Of a stretch of 64,000 bases of DNA, positions 10,183 to 19,950 are shown in pieces. The position numbers and the translations under genes are program-made. Source of the DNA: Candidatus Eiseniibacteriota bacterium (GTDB lineage Bacteria > Eisenbacteria > RBG-16-71-46 > CAZAMP01); contig OZ245046.1 of NCBI GenBank assembly GCA_965224245.1, forward strand, positions 2,560,001 to 2,624,000, read 5' to 3'. Position 1 is the first letter of the stretch. Each line of letters begins with the position of its first letter. The notes under the pieces were generated by a model. The model searched no databases and was not told the DNA's origin. It saw nothing but the letters and a program-made list of their open reading frames with translations.

Positions 10183-11238
10183 CTAGAACCGGGCGGTCAC
10201 CGAGAACTTGTGCACGTTGTCGTCGAGGCTGGTCGCCTGCGGCACCATCGCCCAGTCCAGCGTGAACTGCCCGAGCGCGAAGCCGAGCCCGAACGTGGGG
10301 TCCTTGATGTCTCCGTCGGGATCGTAGACGTACCCGAGCCGCGCGGCCAGCGCCAGCCGCTCCTGCGCGTAGGCGACCTCGCTGCCGAAGTGCTGGATCG
10401 GCTCCTCGCGCGACCGGAACAGCGGACGCTTGAAGTCGGTGAGACGATCGAAGAACCCGGTTCCGTCCTCGGAGATGATGACCGGCTGGTTGAAGTCGTA
10501 TGTGAACCGGACCGAGACCTGATCCCCGTCGACCGGCTGGTACATCATCCCGAGCTTCACGATGTGTCCGAGAGGGCTGGACTGCCCCTCGTCGATGAAC
10601 GAGATGTCCGGGCCGATGTTGGTGAGCACCGCCGCGAAGTTGATCTTGTCGTTGGCCAGGGGACCGAACGTCAGGTTGCGATACAGGACACCGAGATCGA
10701 GCGCGAGGCTCCATCCCGATCCCTCGGTCTCGTCGGGGGTGGCCCATGCGGGCGCCAGGTCCACGTAGACGAACTTGCCCGCGGCGCCGAACCCGACGTT
10801 GGGGGTGACCTCGAAGCCCAGCGATCCGGTCAGCGCCACCTCGTAGCTGGTGAACTCGCCGAGGATCTCCTCCTCGTCGGAAACCGCGGTGGACTTGCCG
10901 TACGTGAGATAGATGATGTTGACGCCGGCGCCGCCGACACCCTCGAGCGGCATGCTGCCGCCGAGGTACTCGTAGTACACGTCGTCCGCGAGGCCCGGGA
11001 CGAGCTTGGTGTGCATCAGCGTGGCGCTGGTCTGGTCGGTGAAGGCGAGCCCGCCCGGATTCCACCACACGGCGGTCGGGTCCTCGGCCACGGCGATGTA
11101 GGCGCGCCCCATGCCGTCGGCACGCGCGCCGGGTGTGATCAGAAGCGACTGCGCGCCCGCGGTCGATTGCGCATGCGCGGCCGTGGCGAGCGCCGAGGAA
11201 CACACGGCGGCACAGACCCAGGCGATACGACGACTCAT
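10183..11238 (-). CDS. porV: PorV family T9SS shuttle beta-barrel
   Basis: SLLITPGARADGMGRAYIAVAEDPTAVWWNPGGL PorV/PorQ signature, KLVPGLADDVYYEYL, LTNIGPDISF, HKFSVTARF; directly downstream of porU; GGAGG RBS. Confidence 0.85.
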   Translation of the reverse strand: MSRRIAWVCAAVCSSALATAAHAQSTAGAQSLLITPGARADGMGRAYIAVAEDPTAVWWNPGGLAFTDQTSATLMHTKLVPGLADDVYYEYLGGSMPLEGVGGAGVNIIYLTYGKSTAVSDEEEILGEFTSYEVALTGSLGFEVTPNVGFGAAGKFVYVDLAPAWATPDETEGSGWSLALDLGVLYRNLTFGPLANDKINFAAVLTNIGPDISFIDEGQSSPLGHIVKLGMMYQPVDGDQVSVRFTYDFNQPVIISEDGTGFFDRLTDFKRPLFRSREEPIQHFGSEVAYAQERLALAARLGYVYDPDGDIKDPTFGLGFALGQFTLDWAMVPQATSLDDNVHKFSVTARF

Positions 11239-11624
11239 TGAAACTGCCTCCCTGACAGGCGTTGCCCCGTGTGGCTCGAAATGAAAGGCCTGCCGCGTTT
11301 TACCCTTGGGGGCTCGGTACGGTTCCGAAAAGAACGCCATGGATCGTAGCACGCACGCCCGCAGATGGGCCAGCATGCCCGCGCCGGGAGCACCCGTCAT
11401 CCGAGGATCATATCTCATTATCGATATGCCGATCCAACCCGGCCAATCACCTGCCCGCCACCAATCCCCGCTCGTCCGCAAGACCGCCGTGACCCCCCAC
11501 AGCCGGTTCCTTCGTCGGCTCGCCACCTCACCGTCCCCGTCACGTCCCCGGCGGAGGTACCCGCACGCACGGGCCCTCCCCCCGGCACGCGGACACGCCG
11601 TGCCATCCGAGAGCGCTCGACCGA

Positions 11625-11776
11625 GTGCTCGGGCGTGGAGGGGTGGGCTCCGCGGATCGTTGATCGCGAATCAGCATCCACACACCCCGCTCCGCCAACC
11701 GCCGAAATCCGCCGCCGTCCACTACCGCACCCACCCCCACCCGATCCGCGGAGCCCACCCCTTCGCGCCCGAGCAC
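11625..11776. repeat. 35-bp inverted repeat pair (fold-back element) between porU and porV
   Basis: gtgctcgggcgtggaggggtgggctccgcggatcg (11625-11659) versus cgatccgcggagcccaccccttcgcgcccgagcac (11742-11776), 2 mismatches. Confidence 0.85.
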
Positions 11777-11830
11777 CCCCGAAGCGCCGAGAGCGGGAAC
11801 GCCCAACGCCAACGTAGGCCCGGAAGAAGA

Positions 11831-14800
11831 CTACCGGAGCACCGCGAGCCACCCCGTCCGCGTCTCCCGCTCGCCCCCGTCCCTCGGCGTGATCGCCACC
11901 ACGTAGTGGTACGACCCGTTGGCCACGCGATCGCGGTCCTCGTCACGCAGGTCCCACAGGATCGGATCCAGACGCCCCTCACCCGGACCGCGGGATGCGT
12001 CGAGCGTTCGGATGAGCTTGCCCGAGACCGTGTAGAGCTTCAGCTCGACGTCGATCGCGACGGCCACGTCGACGAAGAATCCGACCGGGGCGCCGCCGGT
12101 GGGGTTCGGATAGGCGAAAACGCGCTGCACCTCGGCCGAGTCGTTGGCCACCAGGAACACGTCCTGCGTGATCTGGGCGCGGTTGCCCAGGTTGTCGGAC
12201 GCGCGGACACGGATCGTGTACGGTCGTCCGACGGTCAGGGCGGTCGGAATGGGCAGCGTGACCTCGGCCTCGCGATAGTCGTCGCCGAAGACGATCTCGG
12301 GCGCCAGGTCGATCGTGACCACCGCGAAGCCACCGGGCTCCTCGATCGTCATCACCGCCGAGCGGGAGTCGAGAAGCTGCGTGATGTTGATCCCGCTCTC
12401 GTCGGTGAACCCGAGGTGGAGATCGCTCCGGATGGGAAGGGCGGCGGCCGGCCCGTCCAGCGTGAGCGTGATCTCCGGTGGATCCACGTCGTCGGGACTC
12501 CAGCCCGGCCTCGACTCCTCGGGGACGAAGATCCCGTCCAGGCTCGCGAAGGCGTCGGTTCCGCCGGTGCCGTTGACGTGGCAGCGAATGCGGGCCTGCC
12601 CGCGTTCGCCGCGACGCAGCCCGGCGGGCACCCGGAACGGCGCCTCGAACACGCCGTTCACGACCGGAACGTCGGCGCGATAGATCGTCGCGCCGGGCAG
12701 GCTGTAGTTCGTGGGCCGAACCGTGACCGGTCCCCCGTCGCACTCGGGTGGATCGTCGGTGACGTAGTCCTCGCGAATGCGCCGCTCCTCGGAATCGAAG
12801 ACCTCGACGCGTGCGGTTCCGGTGTATCCGGTATCGACGTCGCCGGCGAGCGTGAGCACGCGACCCGAGACCGTCATGCGCTCGCCGCGCCAGAGCGTGT
12901 CGGCGGCCGCTCCCCCGCGCGCGTCGGGAAGCGACAGCGTCAGCTCGGCCGGCCGTCCCGGCCACGCCATGGACGTCGCGGGATCCCCGAGAATGTTGTA
13001 CTTCGTGTCGTTGCTCGCACCCGCGCCCTCGATGCGCGCGAGGAGGAAGGCCTCGCCGAACGTGCGCAACGAGTCCGGATGCACGCTCCCGGACCGGAAG
13101 AGCCCGGTCAACAGCCGACGGTTCAGCGCCACGTTGGCCGACGAGCCGGCCACCGCCGCGGCCGACAGCGACAGCACCGCTCCCCCGCCGGGCTGCTTGA
13201 CGATCGTCTCGCCGAGACCTTCGCCGCCCTCGTCGAACTTGCCGACCGAGCACGAGGCGGTGACGAAGTAGTGATAACGTCCGGCGTTCTGCATCGCGGG
13301 CACGTCCGAGCTCAGGAGGACCTTCTCGTCGGACATCTGGGTGGAGCCCCCGTGTCCGACGTAGTCGACGAGCCACGTGCCCGCGTTGATCGCGCCCAAC
13401 AACGCGTCCCGCGCGCTCGACTTGTCGACTCCCCGGCACTCGAGGCCGGTGACGGGATCGGGATAGTCGACCAGGTAGATTCGCTCGACCCACATCTCCG
13501 ACGGAACGTACGGAATCAGGTCCCGCTCGGCCTGGCGCGTGTGTGTGAACAGGAAGGATCGATCCAGACAGAACCGCTGGCAGATGTCGTCGGCCACCAT
13601 GACCGCACGCGATCGCCAGTCGTCCCGCGCCGACCCGTAGACGTGCTGGCGGGTCTTGGTGACCATCGCGGTGGCGCCCGAGGGCGTCTGCGCCGGGATG
13701 CGTCCGATGGAGACGCTGGGGGGGTCGTCGTCGAGATCTCCGAAGATCCCGAAGTAGTCGTCCGACGGCCAGCTGGCCGTGTAGTCCTGGAACCACAGCG
13801 AGATCGAGTGGCGTCCGGCCCAGGCCGGCACGAAGTCCTCGCTGGACGCTAGCTGGAAGTTACGCCGGTCGAAGCTCGCGTCGCCCAGCAGCGTGACGTA
13901 GCGAAGTCGCGGTGACGCCGGCGCCCCGGGATCGCGATAGCGATCGTAGGCGAACTTGACGAACCGGCGGATCGCGCCGGGATCCTTCGAGCCGCCGGAG
14001 AACTCGGCGAAGACCTGGCTGATCGGCGCGAGGAGTACGCGCGGACTCTCCACGCCGGGCAAGACGTCCTCGCGGAGCGCCGCCAGGAGATCCGCCGCCC
14101 CCGAGAAGTCGTCGTAGTAGACGATCATCGCGTCCACGGGATCGGTCAGGTCGCGAAGGTACGAGCCGTTCGGCGGCTGCCAGGCGCGGACGACGACCGG
14201 CGAGATGCGCGTCGTCGAGTGGGCGATCAGATAGCGCCTCGACGTCGTGACGACCTCGGTCCGGTCGAAGGTCAGGGTCGTGGTCCCGCCGCTCCCGGTC
14301 ACCTCGCTGCCGGTGAGACGGATCGGGTTCAGGGGATCGGTCACGTCGAGCACGTCGGCGCTCGCGTCGGGGAGATTCGACACCCGGTAGCGCACGCGTC
14401 CGTCGAGCGCGGGAGAGCGGTAGACGAGGTCTCGTCCCCCCCAGCGGAGTCGGTACTTCTCCCACAGCTCGAACCACGCCAGGTAGATCTGATCGAACAC
14501 GCCCGGGGCCGTGGTGGCCCGGATCGTGAACTGATTGGCCCCGTCCAACACGAACCGCTCACCGGCCGACCAGGCCACGTCGAAGTCGTACGGAGCCGAG
14601 CGTCCGGACCACGTGAGCTCGGGCCACGCGTTGCCGTTGAAGCTCATCGTGACGCGGTGCGCCACGTTCACGTCGGCCCAGAGCCGGCCGCGCAGGCGCC
14701 CGGCCGCACCGGCGTCGTGGCCGGGCAGGTCGAACCGGATCAGCCGATCGCCGTCCTGGCTGGTCGTGCCCTCGTCCCACCACCACTTCTCCCAGCGCTC

Positions 14801-16093
14801 GCCTGAGCGCTTGGGGCCGGGGTCGTACCAGCGATTGCGCTCGATGTGGGTGCGGCGCGTGACCCAGTCGCGCTCGGCGACCGGCGTGCCGGACGGCGCC
14901 ACGTCGACGACCGACATCCGGCGTGGGGGATCGGGGAACGCGGCGTCCCAGGTCATCCAGTACGTGCGTCGCGACGTGTACTCGTTCATGTGCCACTCGA
15001 ACCGCTCCGTCGAATCGGCGAGCGCGACCGCATCGGGATCGATGTCGATCAGGTAGCCGTCCACGCTCGTGGCGAAGAACTCGATGCGATCGGACACGTC
15101 GATGTCGTCGTCTCCGCCGTCCTCGACCAGGATCGCCACCTCGTCCATGAACGCGTCCGGATCGAACGCGGACAGGTCGGCGGAGATCGGCCGGGCAGGC
15201 CCGGTGAACACGCGGATGGAGGCCGCGTCGGTGGGAAGCGGCAGCCCGGCACCCAGGATCTGGGAGCCGAGCACGCGACAGATCCCGCCGGCCTCGGTGT
15301 CGATGCGCAGCCAGCGGGTGGAGGCCGAGAATCCGGGCGTACCGCGAAGCGGGGGGGCCGGCGCCTCGGATCGGAGCCACCGTCGCGACTGGGGACCGTT
15401 GACCAGCGCGCCGTCGATCAGTGCGTCCCATCCGTCGTCGCCGTAGCGCGCGGGCAGCGTCTTCTCGGCCTCGCCGGTCGGGGGACCGAAGGTGAGCTCG
15501 AGCGACAGCGACGAGGCCGCCTCGAGCACGTGCTCGCCCGGACGCGTGCGAAGGGGGAACAGATCGAGGATCGCGATGCGCCGGTTGCGCCACCAGGTGA
15601 CGGTCCGGACCCGCGCGCGCTCGGCGGGGTACATCCCCTGCCACCCGTCCTCGCGCCACACCGGGGACGCGATCAGCTCGTCGAGGCTCTTCGCGTCGGG
15701 GCCGGGCACCGGTCTCAGCGGCGGCCCGTCCTGACGCCCGACGCCGGACGGCCGGGCTGAGAGCCCGACGACGTCGCGATCCGGCGGCACGCCGACCATC
15801 ACCGTGTGAACCGGCACACCGGGCCATCCCACCTCGGCGTGCGTGTCGAGCCCGGGTACGTGCGCAACTCGCCAGGTCTCGCCATGGAGCTCGGCGTTCT
15901 CGAACGTCGGTGGGTCGAACGTCACCGTGACGCGAACGGAGGTCTCGGACGAGGACTCCAGCGTCGCGGTGGGAGCCGCGGCCGCGCCGGTGACGACCAG
16001 GGTGGTCGCGGCGAGCGCGCAGCCGATGAGTCGTCGTCGAATGTCCCGGGGTGTTCGTCGGTCACGGACGGAAGTCCACATCGTCGTCATCAC
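11831..16093 (-). CDS. porU: PorU-like T9SS sortase, C25 (gingipain) cysteine peptidase with N-terminal propeptide-like domain and C-terminal FlgD/CTD domain
   Basis: EFSGGSKDPGAIRRFVKFAY, YVTLLGDASFD, SDDYFG, IGRIP, catalytic DYVGHGG and VTASCSVGKFD, YNILGDPA, FTDESGIN, C-terminal AYPNP...LYTVSGKLIR...WDLRDEDRDRVANGSY. Confidence 0.85.
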   Translation of the reverse strand: MMTTMWTSVRDRRTPRDIRRRLIGCALAATTLVVTGAAAAPTATLESSSETSVRVTVTFDPPTFENAELHGETWRVAHVPGLDTHAEVGWPGVPVHTVMVGVPPDRDVVGLSARPSGVGRQDGPPLRPVPGPDAKSLDELIASPVWREDGWQGMYPAERARVRTVTWWRNRRIAILDLFPLRTRPGEHVLEAASSLSLELTFGPPTGEAEKTLPARYGDDGWDALIDGALVNGPQSRRWLRSEAPAPPLRGTPGFSASTRWLRIDTEAGGICRVLGSQILGAGLPLPTDAASIRVFTGPARPISADLSAFDPDAFMDEVAILVEDGGDDDIDVSDRIEFFATSVDGYLIDIDPDAVALADSTERFEWHMNEYTSRRTYWMTWDAAFPDPPRRMSVVDVAPSGTPVAERDWVTRRTHIERNRWYDPGPKRSGERWEKWWWDEGTTSQDGDRLIRFDLPGHDAGAAGRLRGRLWADVNVAHRVTMSFNGNAWPELTWSGRSAPYDFDVAWSAGERFVLDGANQFTIRATTAPGVFDQIYLAWFELWEKYRLRWGGRDLVYRSPALDGRVRYRVSNLPDASADVLDVTDPLNPIRLTGSEVTGSGGTTTLTFDRTEVVTTSRRYLIAHSTTRISPVVVRAWQPPNGSYLRDLTDPVDAMIVYYDDFSGAADLLAALREDVLPGVESPRVLLAPISQVFAEFSGGSKDPGAIRRFVKFAYDRYRDPGAPASPRLRYVTLLGDASFDRRNFQLASSEDFVPAWAGRHSISLWFQDYTASWPSDDYFGIFGDLDDDPPSVSIGRIPAQTPSGATAMVTKTRQHVYGSARDDWRSRAVMVADDICQRFCLDRSFLFTHTRQAERDLIPYVPSEMWVERIYLVDYPDPVTGLECRGVDKSSARDALLGAINAGTWLVDYVGHGGSTQMSDEKVLLSSDVPAMQNAGRYHYFVTASCSVGKFDEGGEGLGETIVKQPGGGAVLSLSAAAVAGSSANVALNRRLLTGLFRSGSVHPDSLRTFGEAFLLARIEGAGASNDTKYNILGDPATSMAWPGRPAELTLSLPDARGGAAADTLWRGERMTVSGRVLTLAGDVDTGYTGTARVEVFDSEERRIREDYVTDDPPECDGGPVTVRPTNYSLPGATIYRADVPVVNGVFEAPFRVPAGLRRGERGQARIRCHVNGTGGTDAFASLDGIFVPEESRPGWSPDDVDPPEITLTLDGPAAALPIRSDLHLGFTDESGINITQLLDSRSAVMTIEEPGGFAVVTIDLAPEIVFGDDYREAEVTLPIPTALTVGRPYTIRVRASDNLGNRAQITQDVFLVANDSAEVQRVFAYPNPTGGAPVGFFVDVAVAIDVELKLYTVSGKLIRTLDASRGPGEGRLDPILWDLRDEDRDRVANGSYHYVVAITPRDGGERETRTGWLAVLR

Positions 16094-16100
16094 TCTCTCG

Positions 16101-16499
16101 TCAGGTCAGGACGCGCCAGAACGCACACGCGCCGATCGCGAGCTGCCAGGCTGCGTGCGGCAGCCCGAGCGCTCGTCCGTGCGGCAGGAAGCCGTCGTGT
16201 GTGGGAAACACCCGCTTCGATCCAGGCAGGACTCCGAGCTTGTAGAAGAGGTTCTCCAGGTCGGGCAATGCCCCTCCGATGAGCCCCCAGGTCGTGGCGG
16301 CCTCACCGCCCGACAGCCAGATGAGCGCCACGGACACCCCGACGGTCAGCGCGACGTCGATGCGCCAGTCGTGGAGGTCGTAGTGCGGAACGACGTCCAG
16401 AAGCGCGTGGCTGGCGATGCCGGCCGCGAACGCCAGCGCCGGCACACCGACGAAGGACCCGACGATCGCGCCGGCGGCGGCGTGCGAAGCGGTCGTCAT
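16101..16499 (-). CDS. Small membrane protein of metal-dependent hydrolase-like type (HxxxG / SHxLLD / PD)
   Basis: MTTASHAAAG...ASHALLDVVPHYD...ALPDLE, several TM segments; GAGG RBS; 7 bp upstream of porU. Confidence 0.65.
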   Translation of the reverse strand: MTTASHAAAGAIVGSFVGVPALAFAAGIASHALLDVVPHYDLHDWRIDVALTVGVSVALIWLSGGEAATTWGLIGGALPDLENLFYKLGVLPGSKRVFPTHDGFLPHGRALGLPHAAWQLAIGACAFWRVLT

Positions 16500-16655
16500 C
16501 GGCGTGTCGTCCTCTCGGGATCGTGCCCGGGTGATGCCGGGCCGCCTGGGCGGGTCCGGCCCGCGCCCGCGCGGCGCTTGCACCCGTCCGCTATTACCCG
16601 CGGCCAACTCCGCGGTTCCGAAGCGATTAGGCCCCGAGGGGCCACGGGCGGACGA

Positions 16656-16687
16656 ACGGTAGCAATCGCGTCAAACCAGTGTCAAAC
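16656..16687 (-). promoter_or_regulatory. Sigma70-type promoter for the T9SS-like operon with tandem GTTTGAC repeat
   Basis: Minus strand TTGACA-N18-TACCGT with extended TG; gtcaaac at 16670 and 16681 (11-bp period). Confidence 0.45.
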
Positions 16688-16926
16688 GACGGCTTGGGTG
16701 GCCCTCCGACATCCAGCGCCACCGCGATCGTGTGGCAGCCGACGGATCCTCGTGTACCATCCGACCCGTATTCGACCGAGGCCGCCGGCATCGCCGGCCC
16801 CGGCGGACGAGCGAGGCACGCGGCGTTCGCCCGCCGGAACGGATCGGCGCTTCGCGCATCGCCGGCGCTCACCGGCTTCGACATCCACACCGCTCATCGC
16901 AAGCGACCCGAGGAGATGACCTGAAC

Positions 16927-18165
16927 ATGCTGGCCAGATGGACACTTGCACTGATCGGACTGGTCGCGCTGACCAGCCCCGCGCTCGCGGCCTGGAACGG
17001 GACACACGAGACTCGCGACGGCGTGCGTCACGCCATCAACGGCGAGGACCCGATGACCACCACGCGGGTCCCGCTCGAGCCGCTGTGGAGGGTCGGGGGG
17101 CTCGACGACGAGGAGGTACTGTTCGGCGTCATCAGCCAGCTCGTGCACGACGACGACGGGAACCTGTACGTCCTCGACCGCCAGCTGTCCGAGATCCAGA
17201 TCTTCTCCCCGGCGGGGGAGTACCTGACCACGATCGGCCGCGCCGGTGAGGGCCCCGGCGAGTTCCAGAACCCGGCCGACATGTACCTGGGCCCCGGCCG
17301 GACGCTCGGCGTCGTGCAGATCTTCCCGGGCAAGGTCGTGCAGATCGGCCTCGACGGCGAGCCCCGCGGCAACTTCACGCTCCCGGCCGCGGGCAGCTTC
17401 CAGCTCGTGATGGCCGGACGCGCCAACGACGAGCGGATCACGCTGGCCGGCACGCTGATGCGCAACGAGGCGGGCCAGGGATTCGAGGATCGCTACCTGA
17501 AGGCATTCGCACCCGATGGCACCGAGCTGGCCACCTTCTACGAGGAGTCGGTCGATGCGCCGTTCGGGGGCCGCAAGTTCGACGAGAAGACGTTCACGAG
17601 CTTCCAGCAGCGCTGGGCGATGGCGTCCGACGGGCGCGTGGCGGCCGCCCCGTCGTTCGACGACTACACGATCCACGTCTGGAATCCCGACGGGAGCCCA
17701 TCGGTCATCATCCAACGCCCGGAGCACGAGCTCGCCGCCCGCACCGACGGTCAGATCGAGCGCTTCCAGAAGCTCTACGACGGGATCACGAGATGGAGCC
17801 CGCAGTCCACGTTCCACGTGAGCGAGACCCACGAGGCCGTCGACCGGATGACGTTTCGCGCCGACGGCTCACTGTGGGTGCTCTCGAGCCGCGGCTCCTG
17901 GACGCCGCCCGACGGCGTGATGGCGGTGTTCGACGTCTACGACCGCGACGGCCGGTTCGTGAAGCAGGTCGAGTTCGCCGGCGAGGGCGATCCCACCGAG
18001 GACTACTTCTTCTTCGCCGGCGATCGACTCTACATGGTGACCGACTTCTTCAGCTCGATCATGACGAGCTTCGCGGACGGTGACACCGAGGCCGAGGACA
18101 CCGAGCCGGAGCCGATCTCGCTGATCGCATTCGACCTGTCGGGGGTCGACGTCGGCATCAACTAG
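16927..18165 (+). CDS. Secreted 6-bladed beta-propeller (NHL-like) protein
   Basis: Signal peptide (ALA-A), GNLYVLDRQLSEIQIFSPAGEYLTTIGRAGEGPGEF, FDVYDRDGRFV; GAGGAG RBS. Confidence 0.8.
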   Translation: MLARWTLALIGLVALTSPALAAWNGTHETRDGVRHAINGEDPMTTTRVPLEPLWRVGGLDDEEVLFGVISQLVHDDDGNLYVLDRQLSEIQIFSPAGEYLTTIGRAGEGPGEFQNPADMYLGPGRTLGVVQIFPGKVVQIGLDGEPRGNFTLPAAGSFQLVMAGRANDERITLAGTLMRNEAGQGFEDRYLKAFAPDGTELATFYEESVDAPFGGRKFDEKTFTSFQQRWAMASDGRVAAAPSFDDYTIHVWNPDGSPSVIIQRPEHELAARTDGQIERFQKLYDGITRWSPQSTFHVSETHEAVDRMTFRADGSLWVLSSRGSWTPPDGVMAVFDVYDRDGRFVKQVEFAGEGDPTEDYFFFAGDRLYMVTDFFSSIMTSFADGDTEAEDTEPEPISLIAFDLSGVDVGIN

Positions 18166-18217
18166 CGGCGTCGCTCCGGCGGCGTCGCTCCGGCTGACGG
18201 CGTGGGGTTCCAGTGCC

Positions 18218-18360
18218 GGGTCGACGAGGGTGGGGCGCTCCGTCGCTCCGGCTGACGGCGTGGCCGTGAGATCGGCTGGGGGCATCATTTCGTGTCGGAG
18301 CGGCTTTGCGAGGCACCGGTGTCGCACGAGTCGCGACTCCGGCCCCACCCTCGCCGACCC
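18218..18360. repeat. ~143-bp fold-back repeat element, inverted copy of the 20037/20296 family
   Basis: 18-bp terminal IR (18218-18235 / 18343-18360, 1 mismatch); 18244-18305 matches reverse complement of 20093-20154 with 4 mismatches in 62. Confidence 0.8.
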
Positions 18361-18631
18361 TACGTCGGGGGCCCGGGGCCGAGCGGCCATCGCACGGGGT
18401 CGGTCACGCCTGACGCCGGCATCGACCGCGGCGGCCCGGCTCAGCGGGTGACGTCACCACGCATGGCTGCGGCGGACGCACGATGCGCGGTCGTGACCGC
18501 TCAGCGCTGGACACCGTGCGACCCGTGGCCCGCCAGCGGAGCACGTGTACCCGGGGAACGGTATAGAGGAGTCAGCCTCCCGAGTAACCTGTTGGTGGGT
18601 AAGCACACTTGCCAACAGAAGGAGGCTGACG

Positions 18632-19702
18632 GTGCCGAGGCTAGCATATGCGTACACGTGTGGCGTGGATCTTCACCGGGATTCCGCGCAGATTTGCGTG
18701 GTGGATGCCAGAGGTGAGCGTGTTCAGGAACGTCGGTTCACATTCGGTAGTGCGACGACTCGAACGTCGCTGCTGGACTTCATCGTGGGTCTGGGGCGGG
18801 TAGAGGTCGCGGTAGAGTCGGTGGGGATGAACCGGTGGTTCGTGAACGGCCTGGAGGCCCGTGGTCTGGTCGTCGGCCAGGACCTGTTGGTGGTTCATGC
18901 GGCCTTTCTTCGCCTGAGCGAGAGTGGCAAGAAGACGGATCGACGCGATGCCCGCGAGATTGCTCGTCGTCTGCATCTGGGAGATCTCCGCCGGCGGGGG
19001 CGGTCGTACTACGCCACGGAAGCGGAGTGCGACACGCGTCGGCTGCTCCGAACTCGTCGCGAGCTGGTGAAGCAACGCCAGCAGTGCATCAGCACGCTTC
19101 GAGGGATGTTCCGTGCGTATGCGCTGTCGATGCCGCGTGGCACGTTGTGGAGCCAGTCGTCGCTTCAGTGGCTGTCGGAGCACGTGACGCAGCTTCCGAC
19201 GGGGGCCTTCGCCGCTGGCAGCCTGGTGTGTGTGTTGCAACGTACTCAGCAGGAGATCTTGCGACTGGAGACGGAGATCCGTCGTCGGGCGCGTCGCGAT
19301 CGCCGTGCCTCGGATCTCATGCGGGAGGTTCCGCAGGTCGCGGAGCTGACGGCGCTGACGCTGGTGGCGGAGCTCGGAGATCTGTCACGGTTCGACGGTC
19401 CGCGCCAGGCGGCGGCGTATCCGGGGCTGGTGCCGTCGGTGAACGACTCGGGGGACGCACAACGCCATGGTCGGCTGATCAAACCTGGCAATCGTCATCT
19501 CCGGTGGATCCTGGGCCAGGTCGCCGTCCGGTTGCTGGCGAGCAATGCGCGGGTGAAACAGTGGGCGGTCCCCTACCGCAAGCGCATGCCGACAAACCGG
19601 ATCCGAACGGCGCTGGCGCGGCGGCTACTGGTTGGCATCTATCGCAGTCAGCAGCGTGGAGAACGGTTCTCGCTCGAGCGGTGCCTGGGAATGAAGCCCT
19701 AG
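18632..19702 (+). CDS. IS110 family transposase/recombinase
   Basis: GVDLH, VAVES, KKTDRRDA (RuvC-like DEDD); ELGDLSRF...AAYPGLVPSVNDSG...HGRLIKPGNRHLR (Tnp domain with catalytic Ser); GGAGG RBS then GTG. Confidence 0.95.
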   Translation: MPRLAYAYTCGVDLHRDSAQICVVDARGERVQERRFTFGSATTRTSLLDFIVGLGRVEVAVESVGMNRWFVNGLEARGLVVGQDLLVVHAAFLRLSESGKKTDRRDAREIARRLHLGDLRRRGRSYYATEAECDTRRLLRTRRELVKQRQQCISTLRGMFRAYALSMPRGTLWSQSSLQWLSEHVTQLPTGAFAAGSLVCVLQRTQQEILRLETEIRRRARRDRRASDLMREVPQVAELTALTLVAELGDLSRFDGPRQAAAYPGLVPSVNDSGDAQRHGRLIKPGNRHLRWILGQVAVRLLASNARVKQWAVPYRKRMPTNRIRTALARRLLVGIYRSQQRGERFSLERCLGMKP

Positions 19703-19719
19703 CCCGCGGCTGGTGGTGA

Positions 19720-19950
19720 CATGACGATCGAGCTCGTCGGTGCTCGAACGGAGGCGTACTACGGTTTGCACCAAGGCCAGCGATGCCTGAGCCTCAACCC
19801 GCGAATGTCAGGCGCTTCCGACTACCTCTCTGTGCCACGTCATATGACGTGAGCCCGAAAAGGCGTACGGACGAAACCGACACTGGGATCGAGCGCCGGC
19901 ATCCGATCGTATCTGTGGCGTGACACGCGCAGATGAGGAAGCTACGGCCG
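19720..19950 (+). ncRNA. Putative bridge RNA / seekRNA of the IS1111-type element; boundaries approximate
   Basis: Nested stems acgatcg/cgatcgt and gtcggtgctcga/tcgagcgccggc, internal gaggc/gcctc or cctga/tcagg, perfect palindrome cacgtcatatgacgtg; short matches to target and donor junctions; location typical for IS1111. Confidence 0.65.

Noticed and set aside
10183-11526. Longest-ORF starts in the track (porV 11526, nqrA 42500, desulfurase 52122, pstC 57967, cargo 25901)
   Set aside because: The extensions overlap neighbours or are low-complexity; downstream starts have an RBS, a signal peptide or family-typical N-termini.
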